Virus record (IMG/VR): IMGVR_UViG_3300006793_000013
Length of the DNA stretch: 64,000 nt
Direction: 5' to 3' (one strand)
From: a virus
Shown here: positions 21,829 through 31,901 of the stretch, piece after piece
Numbering within the stretch: the first letter of the stretch is position 1
How the letters are laid out: every line of letters begins with the position of its first letter
The notes under the pieces: generated by a model
Seen by the model: only the letters and a program-made list of their open reading frames with translations
What the model was told of the DNA's origin: nothing
Databases searched by the model: none
Program-made: the position numbers and the translations under genes

Positions 21829-22857
21829 ATGACAACCGTACACGCAACAATTAGCAGAAACGACTACAATGCGCTATACACTCGCCTTGAGCAAGTGATG
21901 GGACCTGCTGATGGCGGTGATGCCACATATGGATGGGGACAATATATGAACTCTTCAGGTGTTGGTGTTTCGGATAAGGTGTCTGTAGAAGAATATGGTA
22001 GATTAATTACAGATATGTATAATGCTTACAGGCATATATATGGTTCAAATCCTCCTACTAATTGGGGAAGTTGGCCTAATAACATTAGTACTTCTCAAAA
22101 AATTAAAGCAAATACTGTTACTAATGACGCAACATATAATACACAGCCTTACAGAAGATGGAATGATTTAATTATTGCACTTGAGGCTGCAAAATATACT
22201 ATACCACCAGCATCAGTAGCATCAGGTACAGCACACAGTAATGCAGTATATACAGGAACATGGTCAACTTCTGCACAAGTAATAGTTACTTTTACTTGGC
22301 CAACAGCAGCAGATGCTAGACATTATTTTAATAGTGGTGGACAAATTCAACTTACAAGTAGTTTGAGCAGTATTAGCGGTTCAGATCAAGATGCTTCTTG
22401 GAGAAGTTTACTACAGACAGCAAGTACACAGTCGTTTGGAGGACAACAACCAGCAACAGGTGTTAATCCAAATGATAATGGAAACTTTTTTAGATGTACA
22501 AACGTTTACAGCACACCTTGGTACACAGCTATTGCAAGTAGTCCTTACAATGCAAACTATTATAGATTATATGCAAGAACACCTGGAGTATTAGATAATT
22601 CAAGTGGTACTGCGTATCAACTCGAAATGGCAGCAGTTTACAATGACGATCACGTTGGATTAGGTGGACCATCAACATCAGGTACTCCACAACAAGGACC
22701 AGGTACTTATGGTCCTGATTTAGTAGGCCCTGCTTCACTTTATCTTCAAACTGTTACCAGAAAAGCAGTTGGTAACATCAATCTTTATCCTTCAGGATCA
22801 CAAGGATTTGACATCCAAACTCCTTCCGTAACTGTAGGCGGATTCGTAGTCAGTTAA
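21829..22857 (+). CDS. Virion structural protein (paralog B)
   Basis: FTWPTAADARHYFNSGGQI motif; paralog of upstream gene. Confidence 0.6.
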   Translation: MTTVHATISRNDYNALYTRLEQVMGPADGGDATYGWGQYMNSSGVGVSDKVSVEEYGRLITDMYNAYRHIYGSNPPTNWGSWPNNISTSQKIKANTVTNDATYNTQPYRRWNDLIIALEAAKYTIPPASVASGTAHSNAVYTGTWSTSAQVIVTFTWPTAADARHYFNSGGQIQLTSSLSSISGSDQDASWRSLLQTASTQSFGGQQPATGVNPNDNGNFFRCTNVYSTPWYTAIASSPYNANYYRLYARTPGVLDNSSGTAYQLEMAAVYNDDHVGLGGPSTSGTPQQGPGTYGPDLVGPASLYLQTVTRKAVGNINLYPSGSQGFDIQTPSVTVGGFVVS

Positions 22858-22859
22858 TT

Positions 22860-22912
22860 TCCTCCCCCGTAGTACAGCGCATAAATATTAAGTGCTACTA
22901 TAACTTGGAGGA
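22860..22912 (+). promoter_or_regulatory. Anti-SD hairpin with TAAATA late box in its loop
   Basis: TCCTCC 22860-65 pairs GGAGGA 22907-12; GTAGTA 22869-74 pairs TACTAT 22896-901; GCGC/GTGC inner stem; loop contains TAAATA 22882-87. Confidence 0.6.
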
Positions 22913-22915
22913 CAT

Positions 22916-23266
22916 ATGGAAGAACAATTAAAACAAGCCTTGGATTTTAGCAAGTACAGAGAAACTTTTGCTGTACAGCGTAAAACTCTAAAGGAAAAAA
23001 TTGACGCTAGATTAACTTATGGTGTTAACGGCGGAATTTTCAAAATCAATAGAGAGCTTATTAACTTTGTTCAAATGCTACTTTCAGCAGATAGAACTGA
23101 AGGTGTAGTATTACTTGACATTAATGATAATCCTATATTGGTTGAAGATCTTGCAGAATTTAAAGATATCATACTCGATAGATACATCACATCAACATTA
23201 GAATATTACGAAGAATACCAGCAGCTCAAAAAGAGCAGATCTGTAGAAAAACTTATTGAAGTGTAG
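22916..23266 (+). CDS. Hypothetical protein, first gene of glycan cluster
   Basis: 116 aa ORF with strong SD GGAGG. Confidence 0.75.
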   Translation: MEEQLKQALDFSKYRETFAVQRKTLKEKIDARLTYGVNGGIFKINRELINFVQMLLSADRTEGVVLLDINDNPILVEDLAEFKDIILDRYITSTLEYYEEYQQLKKSRSVEKLIEV

Positions 23267-23267
23267 T

Positions 23268-24116
23268 ATGAATAAAGGAATTGTAATATTTGCTCATAAC
23301 AGCCGAAGTTTAGATTATTCTAAACTAGCATTGGTAGCAGGCGGCCTTGCCAAAAAGCATCTCGGCTATCCAGTTTCATTAATCACAGATAAATCAACTG
23401 TTGATTATATGGAAGAAATCGGTACCGCAGATAAAGCAGAAGAAATCTTTGATAGTATTATTTTTGTAGAGCGTCCTCCAACACAGCAATACAGAAACCT
23501 TCATGATGGAAATGATTTTGAAGCGGTACCTTTTGATAATTCAAACAGACCAAATGTTTGGGATATTACACCTTATGAAAGAACATTATTGTTAGATTGC
23601 GATTATCTAACATTTTCAGATACACTAAACAACTATTGGGATGTTGAACAAGACTTTTTAATATCGCATGAGTATAATGATATTATGGGAACTCGAGCAG
23701 GTTACCATGACAAGTATGTTTCGGATACTGGAGTTAAACTACTTTGGGCAACAACAGTTATGTTTACCAAGAATGAACAAACAAAAGTACTTTTTGATTT
23801 AGTGCAATACATACAAAAAAATTATAAGTTCTTTGCAGACACATATAGATTTGATAGCAGAATGTATAGAAATGATATTAGTTTTGCAATTGCTAATCAT
23901 ATACTAAATGGTTTTCAAGAAGTAGATACTGAATATAAAATGCCGCCAGTGTTTTCTACAATAGATAGAGATATTTTATTTGATGTAAAAGACAATACAT
24001 TACAATTTTTATTAACTAATGAGCAGGTAGCTGCTTCATCTACAGGTAGAGATGTACATGTAATGAATAAAAAAAGCATTGAGAGAAACTTCGATAAACT
24101 AATGGAGTTGATATGA
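23268..24116 (+). CDS. Glycosyltransferase-like protein (GT-A fold, GT8-like)
   Basis: TPYERTLLLDCDYL (DxD); WATTVMF; RNDISFAIA; first ATG after upstream TAG is 23268. Confidence 0.65.
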   Translation: MNKGIVIFAHNSRSLDYSKLALVAGGLAKKHLGYPVSLITDKSTVDYMEEIGTADKAEEIFDSIIFVERPPTQQYRNLHDGNDFEAVPFDNSNRPNVWDITPYERTLLLDCDYLTFSDTLNNYWDVEQDFLISHEYNDIMGTRAGYHDKYVSDTGVKLLWATTVMFTKNEQTKVLFDLVQYIQKNYKFFADTYRFDSRMYRNDISFAIANHILNGFQEVDTEYKMPPVFSTIDRDILFDVKDNTLQFLLTNEQVAASSTGRDVHVMNKKSIERNFDKLMELI

Positions 24117-24952
24117 ACTTTGGATATCTAATAGTTGTTGCAACTTCTGAAGAATATAATTATGCACAAATGGCGTATGCACTTGCATTAAGTATTAAGA
24201 ATACACAAAAAGAAGGTTACGATAAAGTCGCATTAGTAATTGATGACAAAACCCAAATAGAAAATTTTAAATCTACATGGGTGTTTGATGAAGTTATTGA
24301 ATGGGATAAAAAAGGTTTTTGGGACGGCCGTTCTTACATGGACGAGCTTTCACCGTGGGAACATACTGTATGCTTAGATGCAGACATGTTGTTCTTTAGA
24401 GATTATAGTCATTGGATTGATTATTTTATTAAACATTCTGAATTGTATGTTGCTAACAAAGCATACACTTACAGAGGTGAAGAAGTAACTAGCGATTACT
24501 ATAGAAGAACATTTACTGCAAATGAATTACCTAACTTATATTCATTTTTTACTTTCTTCAAAAAAGATAGTAAACTAGCAAGTGAGTTCTTTGCTTTACA
24601 ACGTTCTATAATGGACAATCCAAACGAATACAGTAATTTGTTTTTAACAAAACATAGACCTAAAGTAATTGGAACAGATGAAGCATTTTCAATGGCTGCA
24701 AAAATATTAGATATTACAGATGATATTGCGTATCCTTTGAGCTTCCCAAGAGTTGTACACATGAAAGGTGCTGTACAAAATTGGCCTTGGGCTGCTGATA
24801 AGTTTTCAGATCACGTAGGCTACTACTTAAATGATAAAGGCAAATTAAAAATAGGTAGTTATCAACAAAACGACATTGTACATTATGTTGAAAAAAATAA
24901 AATGACTTTAGAAACAGTTAATGTACTGGAGGAAATAGCATGGAAGAAATAG
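24113..24952 (+). CDS. Glycosyltransferase-like protein (GT-A fold, GT8-like), paralog
   Basis: SPWEHTVCLDADML (DxD); GTDEAFSMA; VHMKG. Confidence 0.65.
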   Translation: MNFGYLIVVATSEEYNYAQMAYALALSIKNTQKEGYDKVALVIDDKTQIENFKSTWVFDEVIEWDKKGFWDGRSYMDELSPWEHTVCLDADMLFFRDYSHWIDYFIKHSELYVANKAYTYRGEEVTSDYYRRTFTANELPNLYSFFTFFKKDSKLASEFFALQRSIMDNPNEYSNLFLTKHRPKVIGTDEAFSMAAKILDITDDIAYPLSFPRVVHMKGAVQNWPWAADKFSDHVGYYLNDKGKLKIGSYQQNDIVHYVEKNKMTLETVNVLEEIAWKK

Positions 24953-25590
24953 AAGAGTTTATGCCAGACTTCGACGAATGGCTCAAGAATTATAAAGAGC
25001 CAGAGCGTAGGTTTGGAGCAGCATTTGACGCAGACACAGGCCAGTTAATATCAGTAGGCCCGTATGCTTCGATAGAAATGGAATACAGTAAAAACATCGC
25101 TGAGGTTGAAGAGGATCTTGCTATTAAAATTATTAATGGTGAGATTCATATTAATAATTGTTTCTTTGACACTAGTGAAGGTAAGTTTGAAATCACTGAA
25201 GAAAAAACTTTAACAAAGATTGATGATGTACTGCATAGAGTTATTGATAAACGTTACTTAGATGAAGAAGTAAAGCCAGACATTTATCTTACATACAATA
25301 AAGGTAGTAGTAAACTTACTGTAGAACTAAGCGAGGAATATGGCGGCACAAAAGTTTTAGATGATCAGTGGCAACCAGCAACACCAAGAAATGTTTTTTG
25401 GCAAGGAGATACAACTTTATCTTTTACAATAGCTGATTATAACGATCCGCACTTTCCGCAAAAAACATTTGATGTTACACTTGATGAGCTAACAGGTAAT
25501 TCTGTAACAGTAGATGATGTAGACATAACAGGAAAGTTTAGTGTGTTTACTCGTAGACTGTTTAAAAACTATGTACTAGAGGAGATTTAA
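24940..25590 (+). CDS. Acidic hypothetical protein
   Basis: 216 aa ORF overlapping upstream gene, within cluster. Confidence 0.65.
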   Translation: MEEIEEFMPDFDEWLKNYKEPERRFGAAFDADTGQLISVGPYASIEMEYSKNIAEVEEDLAIKIINGEIHINNCFFDTSEGKFEITEEKTLTKIDDVLHRVIDKRYLDEEVKPDIYLTYNKGSSKLTVELSEEYGGTKVLDDQWQPATPRNVFWQGDTTLSFTIADYNDPHFPQKTFDVTLDELTGNSVTVDDVDITGKFSVFTRRLFKNYVLEEI

Positions 25591-26496
25591 ATGAGAGTAG
25601 TCGAGTTCGACGTATTCTTTTTATCGTATGATGAACCGTTTGCTGATTTGCATTATGCAGATCTGTGTAATAAATTACCCTGGGCAAAACGTGTACATGG
25701 TGTAAAAGGAAGTGACCATGCACATAAAGCATGTGCAGAGCAATCTGAAACTGATTGGTTGCTTACAGTTGATGCAGACAATATAGTATATCCTGAATAT
25801 TTTAATCTTGACTTAGACATGTCAGAAGAAGAAATTAAAGTTTATAGTTGGTGTGGAAAGAATACTGTTAATGGTTTACGTTACGGTAACGGCGGATTAA
25901 AGTTATGGTCTAAAGATCATTTACTTAATATGAAAACGCATGAAAACGCAGATAGCGAAAGAGCTCAAGTTGATTTTTGTTGGGAAACAGGTTACAGAAA
26001 CTTTCCTATGACATACAGTGATACAAAAGTAAATGCAACTCCATACCATGCATGGAGAGCAGGTTTTCGAGAAGGTGTTAAAATGACACTGTCCGATGGA
26101 TTAAAACTTCCGCCTATGGAAATTAAAGAAAGAATTTGGTGGCACAATATTCACAGACTTAGAATGTGGTCAACTGTTGGCTCACATGTAGAAAACGGTA
26201 TTATGTCAATATTAGGTGCAAGGCAAGGAACATATATGACTAACTGTACAGACTGGGATCATATACAAGTTAGAGACTTTGAAATACTTGGCGATATATG
26301 GAAAGAAAAAGCAGAACACTTTTCAAAAGACAGCGAAGCATGTATTGCAGAAATTAAACGGTTAGGTAATGAAATCAATATAAACTTAGGTCTTGATTGG
26401 GTTTGGTTAGAACCTGATGCAAGTAGGTATACAATGGATTTATATGACGAAGCATTAAACCTAGGCCAAACTTATTATAGTAAAAAATATGTATGA
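25591..26496 (+). CDS. Glycosyltransferase-like protein (GT-A fold)
   Basis: VHGVKGSDHAHKACA, WLLTVDADN (DxD), YGNGGLKLW, AWRAGFREGVKM. Confidence 0.6.
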   Translation: MRVVEFDVFFLSYDEPFADLHYADLCNKLPWAKRVHGVKGSDHAHKACAEQSETDWLLTVDADNIVYPEYFNLDLDMSEEEIKVYSWCGKNTVNGLRYGNGGLKLWSKDHLLNMKTHENADSERAQVDFCWETGYRNFPMTYSDTKVNATPYHAWRAGFREGVKMTLSDGLKLPPMEIKERIWWHNIHRLRMWSTVGSHVENGIMSILGARQGTYMTNCTDWDHIQVRDFEILGDIWKEKAEHFSKDSEACIAEIKRLGNEININLGLDWVWLEPDASRYTMDLYDEALNLGQTYYSKKYV

Positions 26497-28129
26497 TATC
26501 TTTTTTGTCAGTGACGGGAACGTTAATGAAATAGCATGGAGTAATTTCAAGGCAAGATTCCCACACGCACAAAAAATAGAAAATTGTGAAAGTTATGAAA
26601 CACTAAACAAAAAGTCTCTTACAAAAAACTTTTGGGTAGTATGGGACAATTTGTATCTAACACAAGATTTCGATTTAACATATAGAGTTACAGAATGGGA
26701 CGATCAGTACATTCATGTATTTAAAAATGGTGAACATTTTGATGGTGTATGTTTATTTCCTAAAAACTTAAATGTAGCAAACAAAGAATGGAAATACAGA
26801 TTTTTTACAGACAAGAAAGAGATTGATATAGTAGCAAGTACACCTAAGCCGTATGATATTGTTAAATTAGATAGTTATGAAGGACTTGTTACAGCACAAG
26901 AAATTGCACAATCAGAATTTATATTGTGTATACCTGATGACGTAATTCCAAACGATATACCTCAATACCAAGTTCCTTTTTGGGATAAAGATGTTGTACA
27001 TGTTTTTAAAAATAATAAAACGTATGATGGTATCTTTATTTGTCATAAAGATAATAAAATTGCTAAACGTGAATTTGATTATAGATTTTTTACAAATAAA
27101 AAAGAAATCAATATAGTAGCAAGTGAACCTAAGAAGTGGGAAATATTTCAATTAGCAACTTTTGAAGATTATCAAAACGCACAAGAAAAAGCAACAGGTG
27201 ATATGTTCTGGGGTGTGTATCCTGATCTAAATATTATTGATAGTTTTAAGTTTGATTATTACATTCCTAAGTATGACAGTTATCATAGAAAACTTACACA
27301 CTGTTTTCAAAACAATGGCCAGTTCTATGACGGAGTTACATTGTTTTCAAAAGAACGTCCTGTAACAGAACGTGAATTTAAATCAAGATTCTTTACTAAC
27401 AAAAAAGATGTAAAAGAAAATAGTAGTAAGCAAACACTTTATGATATTGCGTTTATAAGTTATAAAGAAAAAAATGCAGATAAGCATTTTAAAGAATTAC
27501 AAGATATTATAAGGGTACAAGATCCTAGTATAAAGTTACGTTGGATACGTGATGTAAAAGGTATTCATCAAGCACATATGGAAGCAGCAAGATTATGTGA
27601 AACAAATATGTTTTGGGTAGTTGATGGCGATGCTCAATTAATTAAACACTTTAAATTTAATCATATTGTTCCGTTTTGGGATCAAGACACTGTGCATGTA
27701 TGGAGAAGTAAAAACGCAGTAAATGATTTAGAATATGGTTACGGTGGTGTAAAATTATTACCAAGACAAGCAGTTATGGATATTACAGACTTTACTACAG
27801 ACATGACAACAAGCCTATCTACAAAGTTCAGAGCAATGAACGAAGTAAGTAACATTAGTGTGTTTGATACTGATGAATACAGTACATGGAAAAGTGCATT
27901 CAGAGAATGTGTTAAATTGGCTAGTAGATCTATTAACAGACAGGATAATATGGAAACTGAGAAACGTTTAGATATCTGGTGTAAAGAAGCAAAAGGACCT
28001 TTTGCAGAGTACGCACTAACAGGAGCAAAAGCTGGTAGAGAATACGGAGTTGCAAATAGTAACAAGCCAGAAAATCTACGTAAGATAAATGACTTTGATT
28101 GGTTAAAGGAAAAGTTTAATGCAGGATAA
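26489..28129 (+). CDS. Glycosyltransferase-like protein with tandem N-terminal repeats
   Basis: C-terminal domain paralogous to upstream gene (VKGIHQAHMEAA, FWVVDGDA, YGYGGVKL, WKSAFRECVKL); three ~95-101 aa repeats ending RFFTxKK. Confidence 0.6.
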   Translation: MYDIFFVSDGNVNEIAWSNFKARFPHAQKIENCESYETLNKKSLTKNFWVVWDNLYLTQDFDLTYRVTEWDDQYIHVFKNGEHFDGVCLFPKNLNVANKEWKYRFFTDKKEIDIVASTPKPYDIVKLDSYEGLVTAQEIAQSEFILCIPDDVIPNDIPQYQVPFWDKDVVHVFKNNKTYDGIFICHKDNKIAKREFDYRFFTNKKEINIVASEPKKWEIFQLATFEDYQNAQEKATGDMFWGVYPDLNIIDSFKFDYYIPKYDSYHRKLTHCFQNNGQFYDGVTLFSKERPVTEREFKSRFFTNKKDVKENSSKQTLYDIAFISYKEKNADKHFKELQDIIRVQDPSIKLRWIRDVKGIHQAHMEAARLCETNMFWVVDGDAQLIKHFKFNHIVPFWDQDTVHVWRSKNAVNDLEYGYGGVKLLPRQAVMDITDFTTDMTTSLSTKFRAMNEVSNISVFDTDEYSTWKSAFRECVKLASRSINRQDNMETEKRLDIWCKEAKGPFAEYALTGAKAGREYGVANSNKPENLRKINDFDWLKEKFNAG

Positions 28130-29486
28130 AGATAGGATAGAAAAATTTATACCTATTATGGACGAGCTAAGTCCTACATTCTGTATGGCCAAATGGCATC
28201 ATACAACGTTGTATTTAGGTACAGGAGAAACACATAGTTGTTATCACCCTGCACCACACAAAATACCTTTGCATGAAATAGAAGCAGATCCTAGTGCGTT
28301 ACATAATACACAGCAGAAAAAAGCAGAACGCCAAGAAATGATGGACGGCAAAAAGCCTAGCGGATGTCAATACTGTTGGAATGTTGAATGTATGGGTAAA
28401 GACTATATAAGCGATCGTAAAGAACGTAACGCAAGTATATACACGCCTGAAAGATTTAATGCAATTAAACAAGAACCAATGGCGAATGTAAATCCACAGT
28501 ATGTTGAAGTTTCGTTTGGTAATGAATGTAATTTTAAGTGCGGTTATTGTCACCCTAAACATTCTAGCAGTTACTACAAAGAAATTGAAAAAGAAGGTCC
28601 GTACACTATGGTTAAGAATCATAGGAATGATATTGACTGGTTTAAAATACACAAAGATGAAGAAACAAATCCGTATGTTAAAGCATGGTGGAAGTGGTGG
28701 CCTGAATTGCGTAAGACACTTACGATTTTACGTATTACAGGAGGCGAACCCTTATTACAGCAAAGCACATGGAGAGTATTTGACGAGCTTGAAAAGAATC
28801 CTTGTCCTAATTTAGAATTAAACATTAATACTAACTTAGGTGTTAAGCCTATTCTTATTGAACGGTTCACTGACAAAGTAAACAGTTTGGTTGAAAAAGG
28901 CTGTATCAAAGACTTTAAAATCTTTACTAGTATTGATACATGGGGACCACAAGCAGAGTATATTAGAACAGGCTTAGACTTAGAGCTATGGGAAAAGAAT
29001 CTAGACATGTACATGACTAGAACTAATATGCCTTTAACATTTATGGTTACATTTAATATTTTAACTGTAACTAACTTTAGCACATTATTGCAAAAGTTTT
29101 TAGACTGGCGTATAAAGTATAATAGTGATAATCAAACTAAGTGGCAGCGTATTAGATTTGATACTCCGTATTTAAAAGAGCCGCTACAATACGATATGAA
29201 CATCTTACCTAAAGATAAATTTATGCCGTACATGAAAAAGCATTTACAGTTTATTGTTGATAACATGGACGATCAAGATAGGCATAAATTTAGTGAACTA
29301 GAGTATGAAAAGTTTAGACGTGTAGTAGACTATATGGAAAGAACACAGTACGATGTTAACAGATTAACAGAAGGTCGAAAAGATTTTTATCAGTGGTTTA
29401 CTGAATACGACAAAAGAAGAAATGTTAACTTCACTAATACATTTCCAGACTTAAAGGACTTCTACTATGACTGCGAAAAGGTCTGA
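28119..29486 (+). CDS. Radical SAM protein with N-terminal SPASM/twitch-like domain
   Basis: GNECNFKCGYC (CX3CX2C), ITGGEPLL; N-terminal FCMAKW..HSCYH..GCQYCW. Confidence 0.85.
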   Translation: MQDKDRIEKFIPIMDELSPTFCMAKWHHTTLYLGTGETHSCYHPAPHKIPLHEIEADPSALHNTQQKKAERQEMMDGKKPSGCQYCWNVECMGKDYISDRKERNASIYTPERFNAIKQEPMANVNPQYVEVSFGNECNFKCGYCHPKHSSSYYKEIEKEGPYTMVKNHRNDIDWFKIHKDEETNPYVKAWWKWWPELRKTLTILRITGGEPLLQQSTWRVFDELEKNPCPNLELNINTNLGVKPILIERFTDKVNSLVEKGCIKDFKIFTSIDTWGPQAEYIRTGLDLELWEKNLDMYMTRTNMPLTFMVTFNILTVTNFSTLLQKFLDWRIKYNSDNQTKWQRIRFDTPYLKEPLQYDMNILPKDKFMPYMKKHLQFIVDNMDDQDRHKFSELEYEKFRRVVDYMERTQYDVNRLTEGRKDFYQWFTEYDKRRNVNFTNTFPDLKDFYYDCEKV

Positions 29487-30663
29487 TACATTTTGCATTT
29501 TACCTTGGTTGCACATGTATGTAAATCCAGACGGGTCAGTACTACCTTGTTGTGTTGGTGAATGGGACAAACCCTTAGGTAATGTAAGACAACACACAAT
29601 CAAAGAAATTTGGAATGATAAACCTTATAAGCAGATGCGTAAAAACATGCTTGAAGGAAAACGTTGTGTAGAATGCCAAGCATGTTATAACATAGAAGAT
29701 GGCGGCGCAGAAAGTTCAAGAATACATGCTAACAGCAATCCATACTTTGGTGATACCACAGGGCTAATAGCACATACAGAAGATGACGGAACATTGCCAG
29801 TAATGCATCTAAAACACTTTGATGTACGCTGGAGTAATATTTGTAACTTTAAATGCCGTAGTTGTAGTAGCACATATTCTAGCACATGGGCGCAAGAAGA
29901 TAATGCACAAGGTGAAAAGAAACCTATCTTCATTTTAGCAGATGGCAATGACAACGATAAGTTGTATAACCAATTCCTTCCACACTTTAAAGACATTGAA
30001 ACATTTTACTTTGCTGGTGGCGAACCTTTGCTTACAGATAAGCACTATGATATACTAGAACACCTTATTTCAATAGGTAAAACAAATGTGAAGTTAGAGT
30101 ATAATAGTAACTGTAGTGTGCTAAAATACAAGTCTAAGAGCGTCTTAGAGCTATGGAAACACTTTGATACTATACACATAGGTGCAAGTTTAGATCATTA
30201 TGGAAGCAGAGCAGAATATATTAGATCAGGAACAGATTGGAATTTAATTAAAAGTAATATACAAAAGATAAAGCAAGAATGTCCGCACATTAAAATGCAA
30301 AGCAATACAGTTGTTAGTGTTTTTAATTTATACACACTAACAGACTTTTTTGATTATGTGTTAAATGAGGGCTTCTTTGATATCGAAGATTATTTCCCAC
30401 AGATGTATAATATACAATATCCAGAATATTACACAGCATCAGTATTAGATGATGCATTTAAAACAGAAATTATTGAAAAGATACAAAGCAAAAAATATAA
30501 CAAGCATATTGACGATATGCTAAAAGGTGTTGTAAGTTATATAAACAATTCTAAGTTTAATGAAAAAACAAGACAGCAGTTTAAAAATCGTACACACCAC
30601 TATGACATAATTAGAAATGAAAACTTTGAGGAAACATTTCCTGAACTGAAAGGATTGATATAA
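29467..30663 (+). CDS. Radical SAM protein with N-terminal SPASM/twitch-like domain, paralog
   Basis: SNICNFKCRSC, FAGGEPLL; N-terminal FCILPW..DGSVLPCC..LGNV..IKEIWN..CVECQACY. Confidence 0.85.
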   Translation: MTAKRSDTFCILPWLHMYVNPDGSVLPCCVGEWDKPLGNVRQHTIKEIWNDKPYKQMRKNMLEGKRCVECQACYNIEDGGAESSRIHANSNPYFGDTTGLIAHTEDDGTLPVMHLKHFDVRWSNICNFKCRSCSSTYSSTWAQEDNAQGEKKPIFILADGNDNDKLYNQFLPHFKDIETFYFAGGEPLLTDKHYDILEHLISIGKTNVKLEYNSNCSVLKYKSKSVLELWKHFDTIHIGASLDHYGSRAEYIRSGTDWNLIKSNIQKIKQECPHIKMQSNTVVSVFNLYTLTDFFDYVLNEGFFDIEDYFPQMYNIQYPEYYTASVLDDAFKTEIIEKIQSKKYNKHIDDMLKGVVSYINNSKFNEKTRQQFKNRTHHYDIIRNENFEETFPELKGLI

Positions 30664-31901
30664 TGAATTTTTATTTTGATACCATGGACGAATCAACAGA
30701 AAATTTAGCTCATCTTTCTACTACAGATGAAACTGATTGGTATCTAACTTCTAAAGGAACAATTATTAAAAATACATTGCGCAGTATGAAGAAGCCTGTA
30801 CAAGAATTAGTAAACTGTCAACATTCGCCTGGCATATATTATATTGATGTTAATGGAGATCCTTGTTGGTGGACTGGACTTAGTTCTGTACATAATGGTC
30901 CAACAGATATTATATCTGCACTGCCAAAGAATATTGTAAAACTAGTAAAGAAAAAAAGATTAAGACTTGTAATTGGTGCTGATAAAGAGGGAGGACCTTT
31001 TATACATAAAGCATTAGGTGATGGGTGGCAGCGTATACACGATGCTGCAATCGAAAGAGGCCTGCCGCCTCTATCTGTTTACATTATGCAAGGAAGTCAA
31101 CTAGTTGAAAAACACTACGAAGATTGGTTAGAGAAAACAGGTAATCCACGTATGTTTGAAGTTGCATATTCAAATCACTTCTTAAAGATATTTATGAATC
31201 AATCTATGCCCTACAAGCCATTAATTAAAGGTGCAATGTATAGAGAAGAAAGCAAAGCATTTAACAGTTTAAATAGGGTACATAGACCGCATAGAGCTGC
31301 ACACGTAACAGACTTAGGCATTAGTGGGCTATTAGACAAAGGGATTGTTACATGTAACGAAGTTAAAGAAGGTGAAGATCTAAATGCAGAATACTTGATT
31401 GGTAAAGAGAATTATGCAAGACATAAAGAATTTACTCCAAGATTCTTTGATGGAGACTGGAGTGTTACAAATGCTGCTAATAGTTTTAATCCAGACTTGT
31501 ATGCTAATACGCTTTTAACAGTTGTTACTGAAACTATATTCTTTGACGACAGCGTATTTTTAACAGAAAAATTGTTTAAACCTATTATGCTAGGACATCC
31601 TTTTATTACACTTGCATCAAGAGGAACACTTGCTGGTTTACGTTCATTAGGATTTAGAACAGACTTTAAATTGTTTAATAAGCCCTATGACTTAATTGTA
31701 GATCCATTAGAACGTTTTAAGACTGTGCAACAAAATTTAAAAGAGTGGATTAGTCTTGATTTTAAAACTAAACAAAGACGTTTGCTATATGCATATCCTG
31801 CTGTACAACATAACTTTGAACATGCAAGAACACAAGACTTTTATAAAGATGCAATAACTAATTGTATAAAATCAGCGGAGAAATACTTTGAAACAGTTTA
31901 A
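30663..31901 (+). CDS. Putative glycosyltransferase (GT-B-like C-terminal half)
   Basis: VVTETIFFDDSVFLTEKLFKPIMLGHPFI..LRSLGF; paralog of 32679..33824. Confidence 0.5.
   Translation: MNFYFDTMDESTENLAHLSTTDETDWYLTSKGTIIKNTLRSMKKPVQELVNCQHSPGIYYIDVNGDPCWWTGLSSVHNGPTDIISALPKNIVKLVKKKRLRLVIGADKEGGPFIHKALGDGWQRIHDAAIERGLPPLSVYIMQGSQLVEKHYEDWLEKTGNPRMFEVAYSNHFLKIFMNQSMPYKPLIKGAMYREESKAFNSLNRVHRPHRAAHVTDLGISGLLDKGIVTCNEVKEGEDLNAEYLIGKENYARHKEFTPRFFDGDWSVTNAANSFNPDLYANTLLTVVTETIFFDDSVFLTEKLFKPIMLGHPFITLASRGTLAGLRSLGFRTDFKLFNKPYDLIVDPLERFKTVQQNLKEWISLDFKTKQRRLLYAYPAVQHNFEHARTQDFYKDAITNCIKSAEKYFETV

Noticed and set aside
28119-30663. RiPP maturation system
   Set aside because: No short precursor peptide, PqqD domain, protease or exporter nearby; context is glycosyltransferases
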